Shown: one piece after another, positions 29,001 to 41,066 of the stretch
Layout: the number at the start of each line of letters is the position of its first letter
Numbering within the stretch: position 1 is the stretch's first letter
DNA from: Priapulus caudatus
Lineage: Eukaryota
Assembly: GCF_000485595.1 (NCBI RefSeq)
Contig: NW_014577087.1
Location: 653,749-717,748 of the forward strand
DNA length: 64,000 nt
Direction of reading: 5' to 3'
Made by a program: the position numbers and the translations under genes
The notes under the pieces: model-generated
Seen by the model: only the letters and a program-made list of their open reading frames with translations
Database searches by the model: none
Told to the model about the DNA's origin: nothing

Positions 29001-31158
29001 GTAGTTAGGGGGACTTAGGGCCCATTTAATGGTTCATGGATATAAGCGCTGACCACAATTCATTTTCGCAATGTGTGACATGTGCAAATGTGCAAGCAAT
29101 TACTCATATCATTGGGCCCATTTAATCATGTGCTGTGAATATGGTGATGTCATATTGTCTACACGACATAGCGACTATATATATATATATATATATACTT
29201 TTTTTGTTCGATGCATCAAACAATCGTTGCCATTAGTGTTGTGCCAGAGGTTGTGTGTTGTGCACGTTACCATGGAAACCGCAGGTGTGCAGTGTATGGA
29301 TGTGAACGTTATGGATTTCTTACTTGCATTAATATCAGAAGATGAGCCCATTCATCATTTAATGCAAAATCCGATAAGCAGACGTACATACACAGAGCAC
29401 ATGTGCAGCTGCCACTTGATTAATATCCATCAAGACTTGCCATCAATTTATAGTGTTGATGCATACAGAATGTTTGTTCAATTCAGTGTAAAATGTCTAC
29501 AGCTGAAATGTGTTTGAGCGAAAATCTAAATGCGATTTATGCATGTGTATGACCACATACTTGGCAGCTTGATAAAATAAGTAGATGTCAAGAACTGCGT
29601 TGCCCCTGTGCGTGGCTGGTTGTCTGTGTATATGTACCATGTGGGATGGGGTATGGATGTATATTGGATGTACGTGGAACCATTTCGATCGATTCGAGGC
29701 AAAGTTAATCCATGATTATTGCTTAACTGCTAGGAACAGCAACTGCCACAAGCCTTGGTTTTATTTGCCTTAACCATACCTACGTATCAAACGATGCCAG
29801 CCAGAAGAATGGTTTAATCATTAATTTCACATTTTTCTTGTTATTTCGACGTTCGTATCTATTACTACATGTGTTCGACAAAAAATAAAAAATTGTCTAC
29901 CTGCCCACCCGCCACTATACTGCTTAGACTATAGTTGCAAATTATGATAATAATAATATTATTATTACTTATCATTATCATTATCGCGAGGAGATCGATG
30001 GCCATATTCATCACAATAGACTGTTTTAGTATTTTTGACCTCACACACTCACTGTTATCAGCGTTAAGCGTTAAGCATTAAGCGTCATAACCTACTGACC
30101 TTCGTTGTGATTACAGGTGAAGTCCTGGCTGACCATTCTCAGCTCCATGAGCATGCAGGTGCACACGGAGCTTCAGTACCGCGGGCTTCTCATCCTTGCA
30201 AACATCATTGAACAGGACAGAGACTTGGCCAATGAAGTGGTGAGTAGCAATGAGTGCCACGTTCAAGCATACTCTCATCTGCTCGGCGAATGCGGAACGA
30301 CAGGAGTGAGCTGTGCGACATCTCACTTTCATGCAGTAGCTATCTGTGCATAGCTATGACTAGTGTAGAATCAAGATCGAGCTTATAATACCTTGGTAGA
30401 ATTACAATCAAAGGCAAATGTACAAAAGTATACAGAAGTACAAAAAAGTGTAAAAGGTGTTTGCCTAGAAATGACGTGGCGCGATCAAGTCGCATGTGCT
30501 GCAGTTGAGTTGTTGGTTGTAACGGTTAATTATATCTAATGGTCACTACGTGACCGTCGTTAACACCTATATCTAATGGTCACTAAGTGGTTGTTTGTTA
30601 ACAGTTAATGGTCACTACGTGGTGGTTGTTAACAGCTATTATATAGCTAATGGTCACTACGTGGTTGTTATTAACAGTTGTATCTAATGGTCACTACGTG
30701 GTTGTTATTAACAGTTGTATCTAATGGTCACTACGTGGTTGTTATTAACAGTTGTATCTAATGTCACTACGTGGTGTTATTAACAGATTGTATCTAATGC
30801 GTCAGTACGATTGGTTGTTGTTAACAGCTATAGCTAATGCTCAGTACGTAGTTGTTGTTAACAGTTATAGCTAATGCTCAGTACGTAGTTGTTATTAACA
30901 GTTAAAGCTAATGCTCAGTACGTGGTTGTTGTTAACAGCTATAGCTAATGTTGTTGTTAATGTTGTTGTTAATGTTGTTGTTGTTAACAGCAATAGCTAC
31001 GTTGTTGTTAACAGACCGAGGGACAGATGTTGGATGTTCTGATGGCACTCACGCAGCAAGACGACTTCATGCGTGCTAAGGCGAAGGAGCAGGCCGTAAG
31101 GGCGCTAGCTGCTGCCCAGAAGTGGGAGCTCATCCAGAAAAACCCGGACGCCGAATAG
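2091..31158 (+). CDS. unc-45: UNC-45 myosin chaperone (TPR + central + UCS domain), 22 coding exons, about 926 aa
   Basis: Manually spliced GT-AG exons with consistent phases: 2091-2153, 2702-2858, 3804-3979, 5107-5250, 6001-6108, 6621-6789, 7698-7859, 9869-10037, 10614-10683, 10953-11045, 11389-11523, 11846-11940, 12337-12478, [exon 14 present only inverted at 15132-14994], 21882-22000, 22451-22517, 24209-24322, 25808-25923, 26770-26887, 27473-27628, 30117-30239, 31015-31158 (TAG). TPR motifs [30 protein letters not shown]; central [24 protein letters not shown] motifs [66 protein letters not shown]. Confidence 0.95.
3956..4370 (+). repeat. 24-bp minisatellite (about 17 units) spanning the UNC-45 exon 3 donor
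   Basis: Unit AAGGTCAGTGCGGAATTACAGGAG; AAGGTCAGTG occurs every 24 bp from 3977 to 4361. Confidence 0.95.
8650..8882. repeat. 40-41-bp tandem repeat (about 5 units) preceded by one inverted unit
   Basis: GAGCTCTCCATCATGCCTCTTAAGGGTGTGATTTTTAGTG repeats; ATCACACCCAAGAGGCATGATGGAGAG at about 8651 is the reverse complement. Confidence 0.85.
14072..15132 (-). pseudogene. unc-45: Inverted, indel-containing copy of UNC-45 exons 14-16 (probable misassembly; only full copy of exon 14)
   Basis: After fixing single-base indels, the minus strand at 15132-14994 reads [47 protein letters not shown]|gtatgt. The segments at about 14700-14585 and 14138-14072 are reverse complements of the exons at 21882-22000 and 22451-22517. 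Another partial exon-14 copy lies at about 18670-18800. Confidence 0.85.
16767..17158 (+). mobile_element. TIR element containing a tRNA-derived segment and a TTAGGG tract
   Basis: About 40-bp inverted ends ATCACATCCCTCACAGCA..TATCCAGAAACCACCGCA / TGCGGTGGTTTCTGGGATAG..TGCTGTGAGGGGTGTGAT. An A box (TAGCCGAGCTGG) and B box (GTTCGAACC) lie at about 16868-16922. Copies at about 20915-21380 and 24504-24715 (minus). Confidence 0.6.
22647..24006 (-). mobile_element. Non-autonomous Harbinger derivative in a UNC-45 intron (TTA TSD)
   Basis: TIRs GCCCAGTCACACATACACGACGCACGGCCCGG / CCGGGCCGTGCGTCGTGTATGTGTGACTGGGCC with TTA on both sides. It carries the transposase N-terminal remnant [21 protein letters not shown]. 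An inverted duplicate lies at about 12765-13942. Confidence 0.75.
30515..31014 (+). repeat. 36-37-bp minisatellite (about 13 units) ending at the acceptor of the last UNC-45 exon
   Basis: Unit TTGTATCTAATGGTCACTACGTGGTTGTTATTAACAG; the last GTTGTTGTTAACAG is the acceptor at 31014. Confidence 0.9.
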
Positions 31159-32277
31159 AGGGCGTGGGCGCGCGCTGCGTTCGATGTGCTCGTCCATTCC
31201 GCGGCACGGATACTAACGTCCCTTGTTTCGTTCCCCCTTCGATCGATGGAACACAGAGCAGATGAAGTCGGGGACGATGTGCGCAGGAGTTATTCGTTAG
31301 GGGGGTGCAGGTGAGATCAGTGAGGATTGGATGAAGCAGTTGTTCCTGTGGCCGATCTCAGTGGTGCTAGTGATATTGTATAGGTGAAAACCCGTGCGTG
31401 CTGTTTACAGAGCGAGTGCCTCGTTTTAATAAGAGGATTCGACAACAGGAGGAATGGTTTTCAGGATAATGTGCCAAATGGAACGACGAAGCTTGTGTGT
31501 GAAAATCGAGACCAGAGACCAAAATCGTACTTTTTTTCACGTTCCAATAGCGGTCCAAAAGCTGTAAACTCTAGCATGACCACGTTTCTATAAATTAGTG
31601 AGGTAGACGTGGTTAAAGATTGATCATTCACGTGGCTTATACACGTACGTGGCCGTGCTTGACAGAATCGCTTGTCAACTGTGAGAAATTGCAGCCAAGG
31701 CATTTTCTAGCTATTTTATATTAACCTGGATAAACAACACCTAAATAATCATGTGTAATTCTGTCCCCTGAGATTTTTTCCTGTACAATGTATTTATTTG
31801 CTGAATTTCTGTCATTTGTAATTTAATTTGTGTCCTAGTGTTTATGATATAAATAACCGTGACATGAAATCCAATACAAAAACGCATAATGCAAATTAGC
31901 AGTGATTTTATTTATTAAACCAATATCTGTTTCTGACTTCCAAATATAGTGTTCGTTTTCTTCTTCAGGTTTCTTCAAGCTCTCGGTCATTAAATTGATA
32001 CGAGCCATACATATAAAATGTTTTATCTCCTTTTTTCAACTTTTATGGCATCAAGTACAAGTAATAAGCTCAACGAACCCACATGGGGTAGAAACAGTGC
32101 ATCTGTATTCCATAGAGACTGCCCAGGCTTCCCCTACTTACGTTCTATTACAACGTCTTGCCTTCTGATTAGGACCCACCATGTACAACTTACTGAAGAG
32201 GAATAACATGACATTTCATAATTAATTCATTACACAACTCTATAATAACTACTTGCAATCTCTGTGCTGCGCTCACA

Positions 32278-33392
32278 TTACAGCCTGGGTTCGGTTGGCG
32301 TGCCGAACTTGCTGCGGTGGTTTTTGAGAGCATCCGCCGACCACTTCAACTGTTCGATGAGCTTCGCTGCACCAGAGACCATGTGGGGGTCGATGGGTTC
32401 TCCCTTCTCGCCGATGGCTTCGTGGACTTTTGGGATGCCAAAGAGGTTGGAGACGGTCAGCATCCCGCATTCGGAGAGCATCGCGCGAAGCTGCATCGCA
32501 GCGCGCATGCCTCCGTAGATGCCTGCGTGCGAGAAACGCCGCCGATGACACGTGTTATCAGGGGCCAGGTTCTAATCTGTGAAAACTTCTAAACCCGAAT
32601 TTCCTGCTCGTACGACGCAAATTATTGCGCAAGAAACTGTCGAAAGAGAATTACTTGCGAACGATCACATTGATAACTAATGCTATTTAACAGAATTAAC
32701 AATTTCGGTCAGAAGTCTTGATCACTCATCTCTGGTGCCCAAGAATGAGATGCTGGGGAAAGCGGCCTTACCTGGAGAAAAACACACGGTGCCGGAGAAG
32801 CTGCCCTACCTGGGGAATAACACACAACTTCGGCCGGTTTCCGGATGAAACGAGACTCTGGAAAAAAGCGACCTTACCCGGAGAATAGCACACGATTCTG
32901 GAAAAAAAGGCGATCTTACCTGGAGAATAGCAAACGATTCCGGCGGAGAACGAGATTCTGGAAAAAAAAGCGATCTTACCTGGAGAATAGCAAACGATTC
33001 CGGCGGAGAACGAGATTCTGGAAAAAAAAGCGATCTTACCTGGAGAATAGCAAAACAATTCCGCGCGGGCTTTCCACGCGAGAACGAGCTGCCCCAGGGA
33101 AGTGGTCGATCATGTTAGATAGTGCGGGCGGGGTGTGGTTGTTACTCGGCCGACACGATGACGTAGCAGTCGCATCGAGGATCTGCTGGTTGGCGCGACG
33201 CAGCCACTCCGGCACCTCGCTCTTGTCCCTGTAGAAGTGCAGTGGCTTGAAAAGCAGCGGAAACTTCATCTCCAATGGATCTGCAACACGGTGCGAACAC
33301 GCGTACAATGTTATATCATGTAGACTATATAAATAAGTAAATAAACATATTATATATATATATTTATTTATTTATTTATATAGTCTACATGA

Positions 33393-33424
<32 letters not shown>

Positions 33425-35524
33425 ATATACATAGATCGAGAGAGATACAGACAGATGCTGCGTTCACACGAGGAGTTTAGTTGCGTTCACACGCTAAAAT
33501 ATACGCGGCTTGCTTAGCCACGGCTTTCTTAGGCGCGGTTGCTCCGGCCTGGTGAGCGCGGAATCATATTCCGCGCCAACTAAGCCGCGTATATTCGGCA
33601 CCACGCTGGCCGCGTATTGATTGTCGTGTGAACCTAGACTGCTACCCGTTCGCTGCACGACGTTAGGGTAGCATGTGGAACTGTCGACCGGGTACCAGTC
33701 TATATTATACCGAGCTAGCTAAGCCTCGAATCTCGTGTATCTCGTGTGAACGCATTTTAACCGGACTTAGCACCAACTAAGTACGGTACCAGCTAAGCCG
33801 TGTATACGTGTGAACGCAGCTGGACAGACAGATAAATATATAAAGATACATGTATACATAATAGATATATAAATACATATACAATTCAATTATATATATA
33901 TATGTTCATACACCATGTTCATATTGTGGCACAGGTAGCTATGGGGCATTCACAGATAACTTCCTAATGATTTACACTTGTATTAGAGTTACTTTATTAA
34001 CATTTATTAGGCTTCATTTTATTTTTTATCAAATCTCAGGTCTGCCTTGCCTGCTCCCCCAGCCCACAATTAATATTCTTTCCCTTTCCCCTGTAATGTG
34101 TTTTATCATCGATCTATCTGTCCATCTGTCTGCCAGTCTGTCTGCCAGCATCCCTGTTTGCCTACCTGGCTGCCTGCTTGTCTACCTGCCTGCTTGCCTA
34201 CTTGTATGCCTGCATGCCTGCTTGTCTACCTGCATGTCTACCTGTGTGCCTGCTGTCAGGCTGTATGCAGACATACAGGCATAGCTACCATGCATGCAGT
34301 CTGCCTAAACATGTATCCTTTTACCTATTGTACGTGTGTACGGCATGAGCATTTCACAACGCAAGGCAAGCGTCGGTTCACATTTACAAGTACATTTTTG
34401 TTGTACAATGTACATAGATAACATCTAGTTTATTAAAAAAAATCATTGTTGTGCAGTGCTTAGTAAGCAGTAAAAGCTGGGTCGACTTTTTGAATTATTG
34501 GTGAGAGAGTACTCTGTATACAGGCTATATATAGCCACAATTTATGCCGAGTCATGCTGGTGCTGCAATTTTATGAAAAAATCTCAAGAATCTCAGACTG
34601 CAAGTTAAATAGGAATATAAGAGGGAATATTCTGTTCATAATTCATGCAGATAATGGTTTTAGTGACAGAGACAGCTGGAATACCCCACAATGTACACAT
34701 TATGAATAACAATGACATGTGTAACATAATATGGTAGCAGGAATTCATGTCAATACTACGTGTTATTATGTATTCATTATAGCAATAATCAAAAGCACAC
34801 AAACTACACTTTTGCACCCTTGTAAGTAATGTATGACAACAGCATACATATAACATAACCATGGACACCCAAACATGACATTTTTTCTCATTTTCGTTTT
34901 GTCTGTATAATTCCTTCCCAGATAATTCATAATAGCCAACAAAAAAACTAACCTACAGCTAGCACCAGTAACTGGCACTTTGCCCAAATGAGTGCTTAAA
35001 TTACAAATAATATACATTGCAGTAAACGTGCTCTACAAATCCAGCATCGTGGCACTGACATGGTTACTAAGTGACACTGTACATATTACATGTACTGATC
35101 AAGGAAGCAATCACGCCCGACCGACGGCCAAGCGTGCATTGGCGTAGTTATACCAACGCCTATCTGCAGCCTTCACCCGTACGTGCGTTTTTTGGCTTAC
35201 GAAAAATCCAAACCATTCTTTCATAGGGATGGTACACCGGATTACATTATGAGTAAACCTGTTTGCACTGTTGCGATATAATTTTTAGGACAGTACGGAC
35301 CACGCAGAACGCAAAGTGTTCACATCAATGTGGGAAGGTGCGAGTGTTCAAAGTCTAATACAGGTGTGAATGAATCTCAATACAATCTGATTCTTACCAA
35401 AAAGTGTAGTTTCAAAACCAGCATTGTCCAACTGATTTTGCATCAATTTGGCCACTCGTAACCCTAGTCTGCCCTCCCTCACCGTTCCAAGTAGGATGAT
35501 AGCCTTTAACTTCTGAGCTGACAT
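32278..35524 (-). CDS. NADPH-dependent FMN reductase / azoreductase / quinone reductase-like flavoprotein (FMN_red fold), 3 exons, about 200 aa
   Basis: Exons 35524-35398 (MSAQKLKAIILLGTVREGRLGLRVAK...), 33280-33040 (DPLEMKFPLL...; the motifs DADCYVIVSAEYNH..PPALSNMIDHF and GIVCYSPG are recoverable only across several small indels) and 32522-32278 (GIYGGMRAAMQLRAMLSECG...TAA). Both introns are phase-1 GT-AG. The GxxRxG, EYN and SxGxxGG motifs are typical of this family. Confidence 0.88.
32765..33060 (-). repeat. 60-bp (then degenerate) tandem repeat spanning the reductase exon 2 donor
   Basis: TGCTATTCTCCAG|GTAAG at 33039, 32979 and 32919, with variants at about 32877, 32809 and 32771. Confidence 0.9.
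33457..33820. mobile_element. Harbinger-type MITE in intron 1 of the FMN reductase-like gene
   Basis: Perfect 14-bp TIR GCTGCGTTCACACG / CGTGTGAACGCAGC, resembling the Harbinger terminus at 60510-60524. Confidence 0.7.
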
Positions 35525-35603
35525 GACTGATCGACAAAAGTTCACAAGTAAAACTCAGAGAAAACCTGCAAAAAATGCAATAATAAGCATGAGCTCACGC
35601 AAC

Positions 35604-35613
35604 TATATATATA
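35604..35613 (-). promoter_or_regulatory. Possible TATA element of the FMN reductase-like gene
   Basis: A TATATATA run about 80 bp upstream of the ATG at 35524; positional inference only. Confidence 0.3.
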
Positions 35614-35868
35614 GAAGTGTAAGCGTGCAACAGTGCAGCCACGAGAGCAATGGCCGCCGGCAGCGTATGTTGGACGTAGGATTTGGACAGAATTTACAGG
35701 AAACTGTTGGCAATAATAGGTGAAAGAGAGTACCGTACTATAGAAACATTAAGAATTTGGTAGTAAATAGATTTCGTATTTAGTTAGCATTATATTTTAT
35801 TAAAACGCTTCAAGTGCCTGTGTCCGCACCTGCAGCTACAGCACAATTGACACGCATCTATTGACTAT

Positions 35869-36358
35869 AGCCACGTTCACACGTAGCAAGAAATCCGGTA
35901 TTTAGCGTTCACACGAGGCAAAATACGAGGCCCAAGAAATACGGTATCTAAACAGATCCGGTATTTCATGTAAATACGAGGCTTCCCAGACTCCGAATAA
36001 TTTGCCGTGCTTGAGAAATACCGGATTTCTTGGACCGCGCATTTCCTCGTGTGAACGCTAAATACCGGATTTCTGAAGCCGCGTATTTTATAGACTGGTC
36101 CGCGCTCGACAGTTCCAGTGTAACGCGAGTGGAACTGTCGAGCGCGGACCAGTCTACGTATTTTATCGGCAGTTGGTTCGCATTGCATTGTTTATTTCGC
36201 ATTGTTTGCTTGATTGTTTAAAGCAGCTCGCAGCTCGCAAATACCGTATTTCTGTAGCCGCAAATCAGCGTGTGAACGCTCGGCCACGTATTTGTCTCAG
36301 ATACGGTATTTCGCAAATCCGGTATTTCAGAAATACGAGGTCTCGTGTGAACGAGGCT
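35869..36358. mobile_element. Harbinger-type MITE (TAT TSD) nested in an older palindromic element (35823-36425)
   Basis: TIR AGCCACGTTCACACG / CGTGTGAACGAGGCT with TAT on both sides; outer inverted arms GTCCGCACCTGCAGCTACAGCAC..CATCTATTGACTAT / ATAGTCAATAGATG..GTGCTGTAGCTGCAGGTGCGGAC. Confidence 0.75.
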
Positions 36359-37673
36359 TATATATATACAACAATGTATATATATAGTCAATAGATGCGC
36401 GTGTGCTGTAGCTGCAGGTGCGGACTTGTTCTTGCTGCCACTGCCAGTGCTTCTGATGTCCAGTAATAAACATATTGGTCATATATGTTGGACCATATAT
36501 ATATGGGGGGATGTTGGACATATAAGTCATGTATGTCCAGTAATAATCATATCCTATCACCGTCCTGGACATCATCTCTAGACTCTAATCTCTATCCTTA
36601 AACCGATTTGAGTATTCCACGTCTAAGTTAAACCCGCGAGTAACGCGTATATTTTCACGTCGACTAATAGTCCGGGCTAGAAGGCACAGGTGCTTGTTTT
36701 TCAACATATATAATGTTTTTGTTTTGTTTCCTGGCAATGTTTATGTGCTGATTCCAAATCCGATGTATGCCAGCTCGTAAGTGTTGAGCATTTTTTTCTA
36801 GAGCACAAAATCCAAAATGGCCACCAGAAAATACACTTTTTTGTAAATAACGGCGATAATATTGTATTTAGACCCCAAGTATATATGGAACATGTATATA
36901 AACTTGGGTATTGCGGACATTTTGGTACCAATACCATTACTCTAGCAAATGGAGTTCTTGAGATATGAACTTTTCATGGTTTTTCTTTTTACGCGATAGC
37001 GGCAATTCCCAACGTGACTAGTCTGGGCTATGTTCAGGGACATATATAACATGTTTGAACAATTTCTCCACAATTCAAACCAGCTGGTTCCAAATCTGAT
37101 GTATGCCAGTTAAAACAGGTTGAGCATTTTTGAATAAAAACAATTTAAAATGGCAGCCAAAAACCTTATGGCAGACATAGATTTTAGTGATTATGTATTG
37201 CCAGTTTTCAATTACGGAACAACAACATTGTTAATCAAGTTTAAAATTTATCACTAATAGTGACAGAACAATCTTATCTATTATATTTACCAGAATGAAC
37301 ATTATATGGACAACCAAGATAGCCCTCATGGCCAAACATGTTTAGGTAATTGACATCATATTCAGACATACCCTTAATACTGAACAAAGAAATGAACTAA
37401 TGGACAAATGGTTCGATCACTGTCATGTCACACAAGAACAACGAGTCTCACTGTACAACACAAGAATGCCTACATTCAATTATTCAAAAACATCTTCATC
37501 ACTATCTTCATCTTCCTCATCCCCGCTTAGTTCTTCCTGTGGTACCCTCCTCACCACATTTTTGCGTTTCCTTCAGCTCTGCATTTGCAGAACTCCGTAC
37601 ATGCTAGACTGAACTTGGTACAGTTACACATTGCTGATTTGCAGCCAGATTTGCAACCACAGCTGATGAGATG

Positions 37674-39560
37674 TGGCCTCACCACAGTTTTGCAGTTTCC
37701 TTCACCTCTGCATTTTCAGAGTTCACCTGTCATAAGGAGGAGCGACACACACGTGAAAGCAGATGCTGCTGACAGACTGAAGATTCGTGAAGCACTGTGC
37801 ACATGCATTGATGTGTTTGATAGTGACACACGCCCAACTGGAAGTCTTGTCAACATATTTTCTGGTCAGGTTGTGGATGACAAAGGTATCAATGCTGATG
37901 ATTCCGTGAATATCGGCACTGATCAGTGGTTGGAGTATGAAAGACAGTGGCCAGTGGGATTTCACAACAAGATATGTAAGAAGGTCAAACCAATGTCAGC
38001 CGTTACAAAGCAGAAGATGAAGAGTGGGGCTCCTGAGAACGTGAACACTGAACTTATCTATGCCCGAGTCATTGGAATCATGGCTTCTTCCAGGGAGACC
38101 ATTTCTACCAAAACCCTCTTCTCCTATGAACTAGCTCCCTTTCCATCTGCTCTGTTCAATGCTAATGGTGACATGAGAACAACCTCCAAGTCTGTGCTGA
38201 AGTCTAAGATCAAAGTAGAATGTAGTCAAAGAAATAGGGCGCCTTGCGAAGTTGTTATTCTAGATGGTTGTGCAGTTCTGTGGACAGTTCCTTGGCCTGC
38301 ATCACCTGCTCAGGTGTCAACTTTTGTCAGTGCTGCTGTTGCTAACATAATGCATCATGTGAATGGTACACAGGTTCTGCATACATAGTGTTTGACAGAT
38401 ACTATAAGACCAGCATAAAGTCATGCTGTCGCGCACAACGTGCAAACAGTGTCAGTCGTGTGTACAAACTTACACCTGATTGCCCACTACCAAAGCAAAC
38501 TGTCACCTTGAATGTCACAGCTAACAAAGAGCAGATCATTCGAATGATCGTAGATGAACTGAGTTTGTCTGACCTTTCCGAGGGCAAGAACATCATTGTG
38601 ACAGGACCTGATACTCGTCCCATTGACGTAGGTACTGGTACCCAGCTCACACCAGCAACACATGAGGAAGCTGACATCCTCATTGCTTATCATGCAATAA
38701 ATGAAGCTGTGGCAGGGCATTCATCTATCAAAGTTGTGTCTGGCGACACAGATGTCCTTGTGATCCTGGCTCACCATCTACACGCGCAAACAAACGACAT
38801 GCCAAGCAGAGTACAACTTCTCATGGAGTCATGCACCAGAAATCGCGCTATTGATGTCAATAAAGTTGTGAAAAAGCATGCACAAGTTATGCCCAACCTC
38901 CTGGCGGCTCATGCACTAACTGTTTGCGATTCCGTATCCTCTTTTGCTGGAATTGGCAAGGCAACAGTCCTGAAGCAATTGGAAGCATTTGCTGACACTA
39001 TCAAGCTAGGAGATCCATCTACTTGACTGGATGAAATCGTCGACTCTTGCCTGGGATATGTAGGCATGTTGTACCGACAAAAGCATGACGAATCTCTGAA
39101 CACCATGCGAGCAGCTCTTTTCATACGAAAGCTAGCTGGCAAAAGACATGTACCACCAAAACTGAGCAGCTTACCACCAACAATGGCAGCTTTCAGACCA
39201 CACTGTACCCATGCCCACTATCTGACAGTTCTCTGGAAGTCTGCTGGCATGCCGTCAACCTGCACCTGCTAGATGCCTCAAAAGAGTTTGGATGGGAGAA
39301 AGAAAGTCAACGCTGTTCCAGGCTGTATATATATACTGTGATCGGACAGCTATTGTGCCAGACGCCCAGGTATCAATCTCATCAGCGCTGGTGGTTGCAT
39401 AATCCTGGCTGCCAATATCAGCAAATGTTGTAAGCTGTACCAAGTTCAAGGTCTAAGGCATGTACGGAGTCTCTGCAAATGGCAAGAGGCATGAAAAGGA
39501 AACGCAAGATGTGGTGAGAGCGGTACCCAGCAGGAAAACTAAGGCGGGGATAGAGAAGAT
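37674..39560 (+). pseudogene. Disrupted Academ transposase C-terminal region (XPG-like nuclease + Cys-rich zinc finger)
   Basis: Motifs FSYELAPFPSALF..GDMR...KSVL, VILDG, VFDRY..SIK, HEEAD, DTDV and HALT(G>V)CDSVSSFAGIGK, then LPPT..AF..H and a Cys-rich tail (cleaner inverted copy at 37378-37673). There is a frameshift near 38385 and a stop at 39024-39026. Confidence 0.78.
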
Positions 39561-41066
39561 GAAGAATAATGAAAAGCATGTTTTTTGAATAATTAATTGA
39601 AAGCAGTTCTGTGTTTGTACAGTAGAACTACGTTTGTTCTTATCGTGCGTGACATGCAACAGTGATCGAACCCATTTGTCCATTGTTCATTCTTTGTTCA
39701 GTACTTAGCTGAAACCCGCGCCTAGTGCGCGGGTTTAAAAGTGACTGTGATGCATGTGTTACCAGTAAGGCTACAGTAGTGTTTTTAGTGTTAAGGTGGT
39801 GAGTATGGAGAGTTCTAGTTTTGTTGCAATCCATTTTTTTTTTAAATGGTTGAGAAAGGTCGTCGAATACAAATACATGTAGTAATCATGGCTTACACGG
39901 TAATCGACATTAACCATTCTGTTTGGCAAAGTACCACAGTGAACCAACAGACACATGCGCACGCACGCACGCGGCACGCACACACACACAAATGTTTATT
40001 GTATGCTATGGTAGAACTGACTGTTGATGAGACGCGGTGGACTCAAAGAAGTTAGGAAATTATAAGATAGATCTGAATGGCGCTGTACAGGGGTCCGGGC
40101 GGACTGATGTAACGCACTTGGCCGTAAAGGAGGCTTGGCGATAGCACGTAAATATTAGCGTGCTTCGCATGTGTTCCATGCTGGTGACGGCATCCGGGAC
40201 CGCAGGATAATATTGGCGTAGGTGTGATCGCCTTATTCTTACCGGCATGGTTTGCACTCTGTGTGGACGACAGTACATATCTACGTGCCTTTGATCGACC
40301 GGCTTGTCGAAGATCGGTGTCCACACGACACGCCCGTGAGCACTTGCAGCACTCCAAAAAAAACATTTGCTCTGATGAAATTCAACTTGTACATCTCATA
40401 ATGGAGAAACATCATGGCCAATAGCACTGAATATTTAACTTAATTATTACATGGTTATTTCACTTACAATTATGGGGCTTACACAAATCTCAGACACGAG
40501 CAGACAAAGAAGTTTAGGAACGCAGATCAACATAGGAAACAGACCACGAAATCGAAAAACCTGTTCAATCTCGCAAACAGAACGAAACAAAACAGGCCCC
40601 CTATTTTCAGGAAATCTTTTACCTTTTTTTGTCTTTTTAAGACCGACAAACGTTTTCAACTGAGTATAGTTTAGAACCCGTCCCGTGTATTCATCGATCT
40701 CTTCTGTGAATTTGGCGCTATTTGGATCCAAACTGACGGAACCTTTGATTAACAATAACATACAACATTCGTCGAATTATAGTAAGATTAAGGGTATGTC
40801 TGAATATGATGTCAATTACCTAAACATTTTTGGCCATGAGGGCAATCTTGGTTGTCCATATAATGTTCATTCTGGTAAATATAATAGATAAGATTGTTCT
40901 ATCACTATTAGTGATAACTTTTAAACTTGATTAACAATGTTGTTGTTCCGTAATTGAAAACTGGCAATACATATTAAATCACTAAAATCTATGTCTGCCG
41001 TAAGGTTTTTGGCTGCCATTTTTAATTGTTTTTATTCAAAAATGCTCACCCTGTATTAACTGGCAT

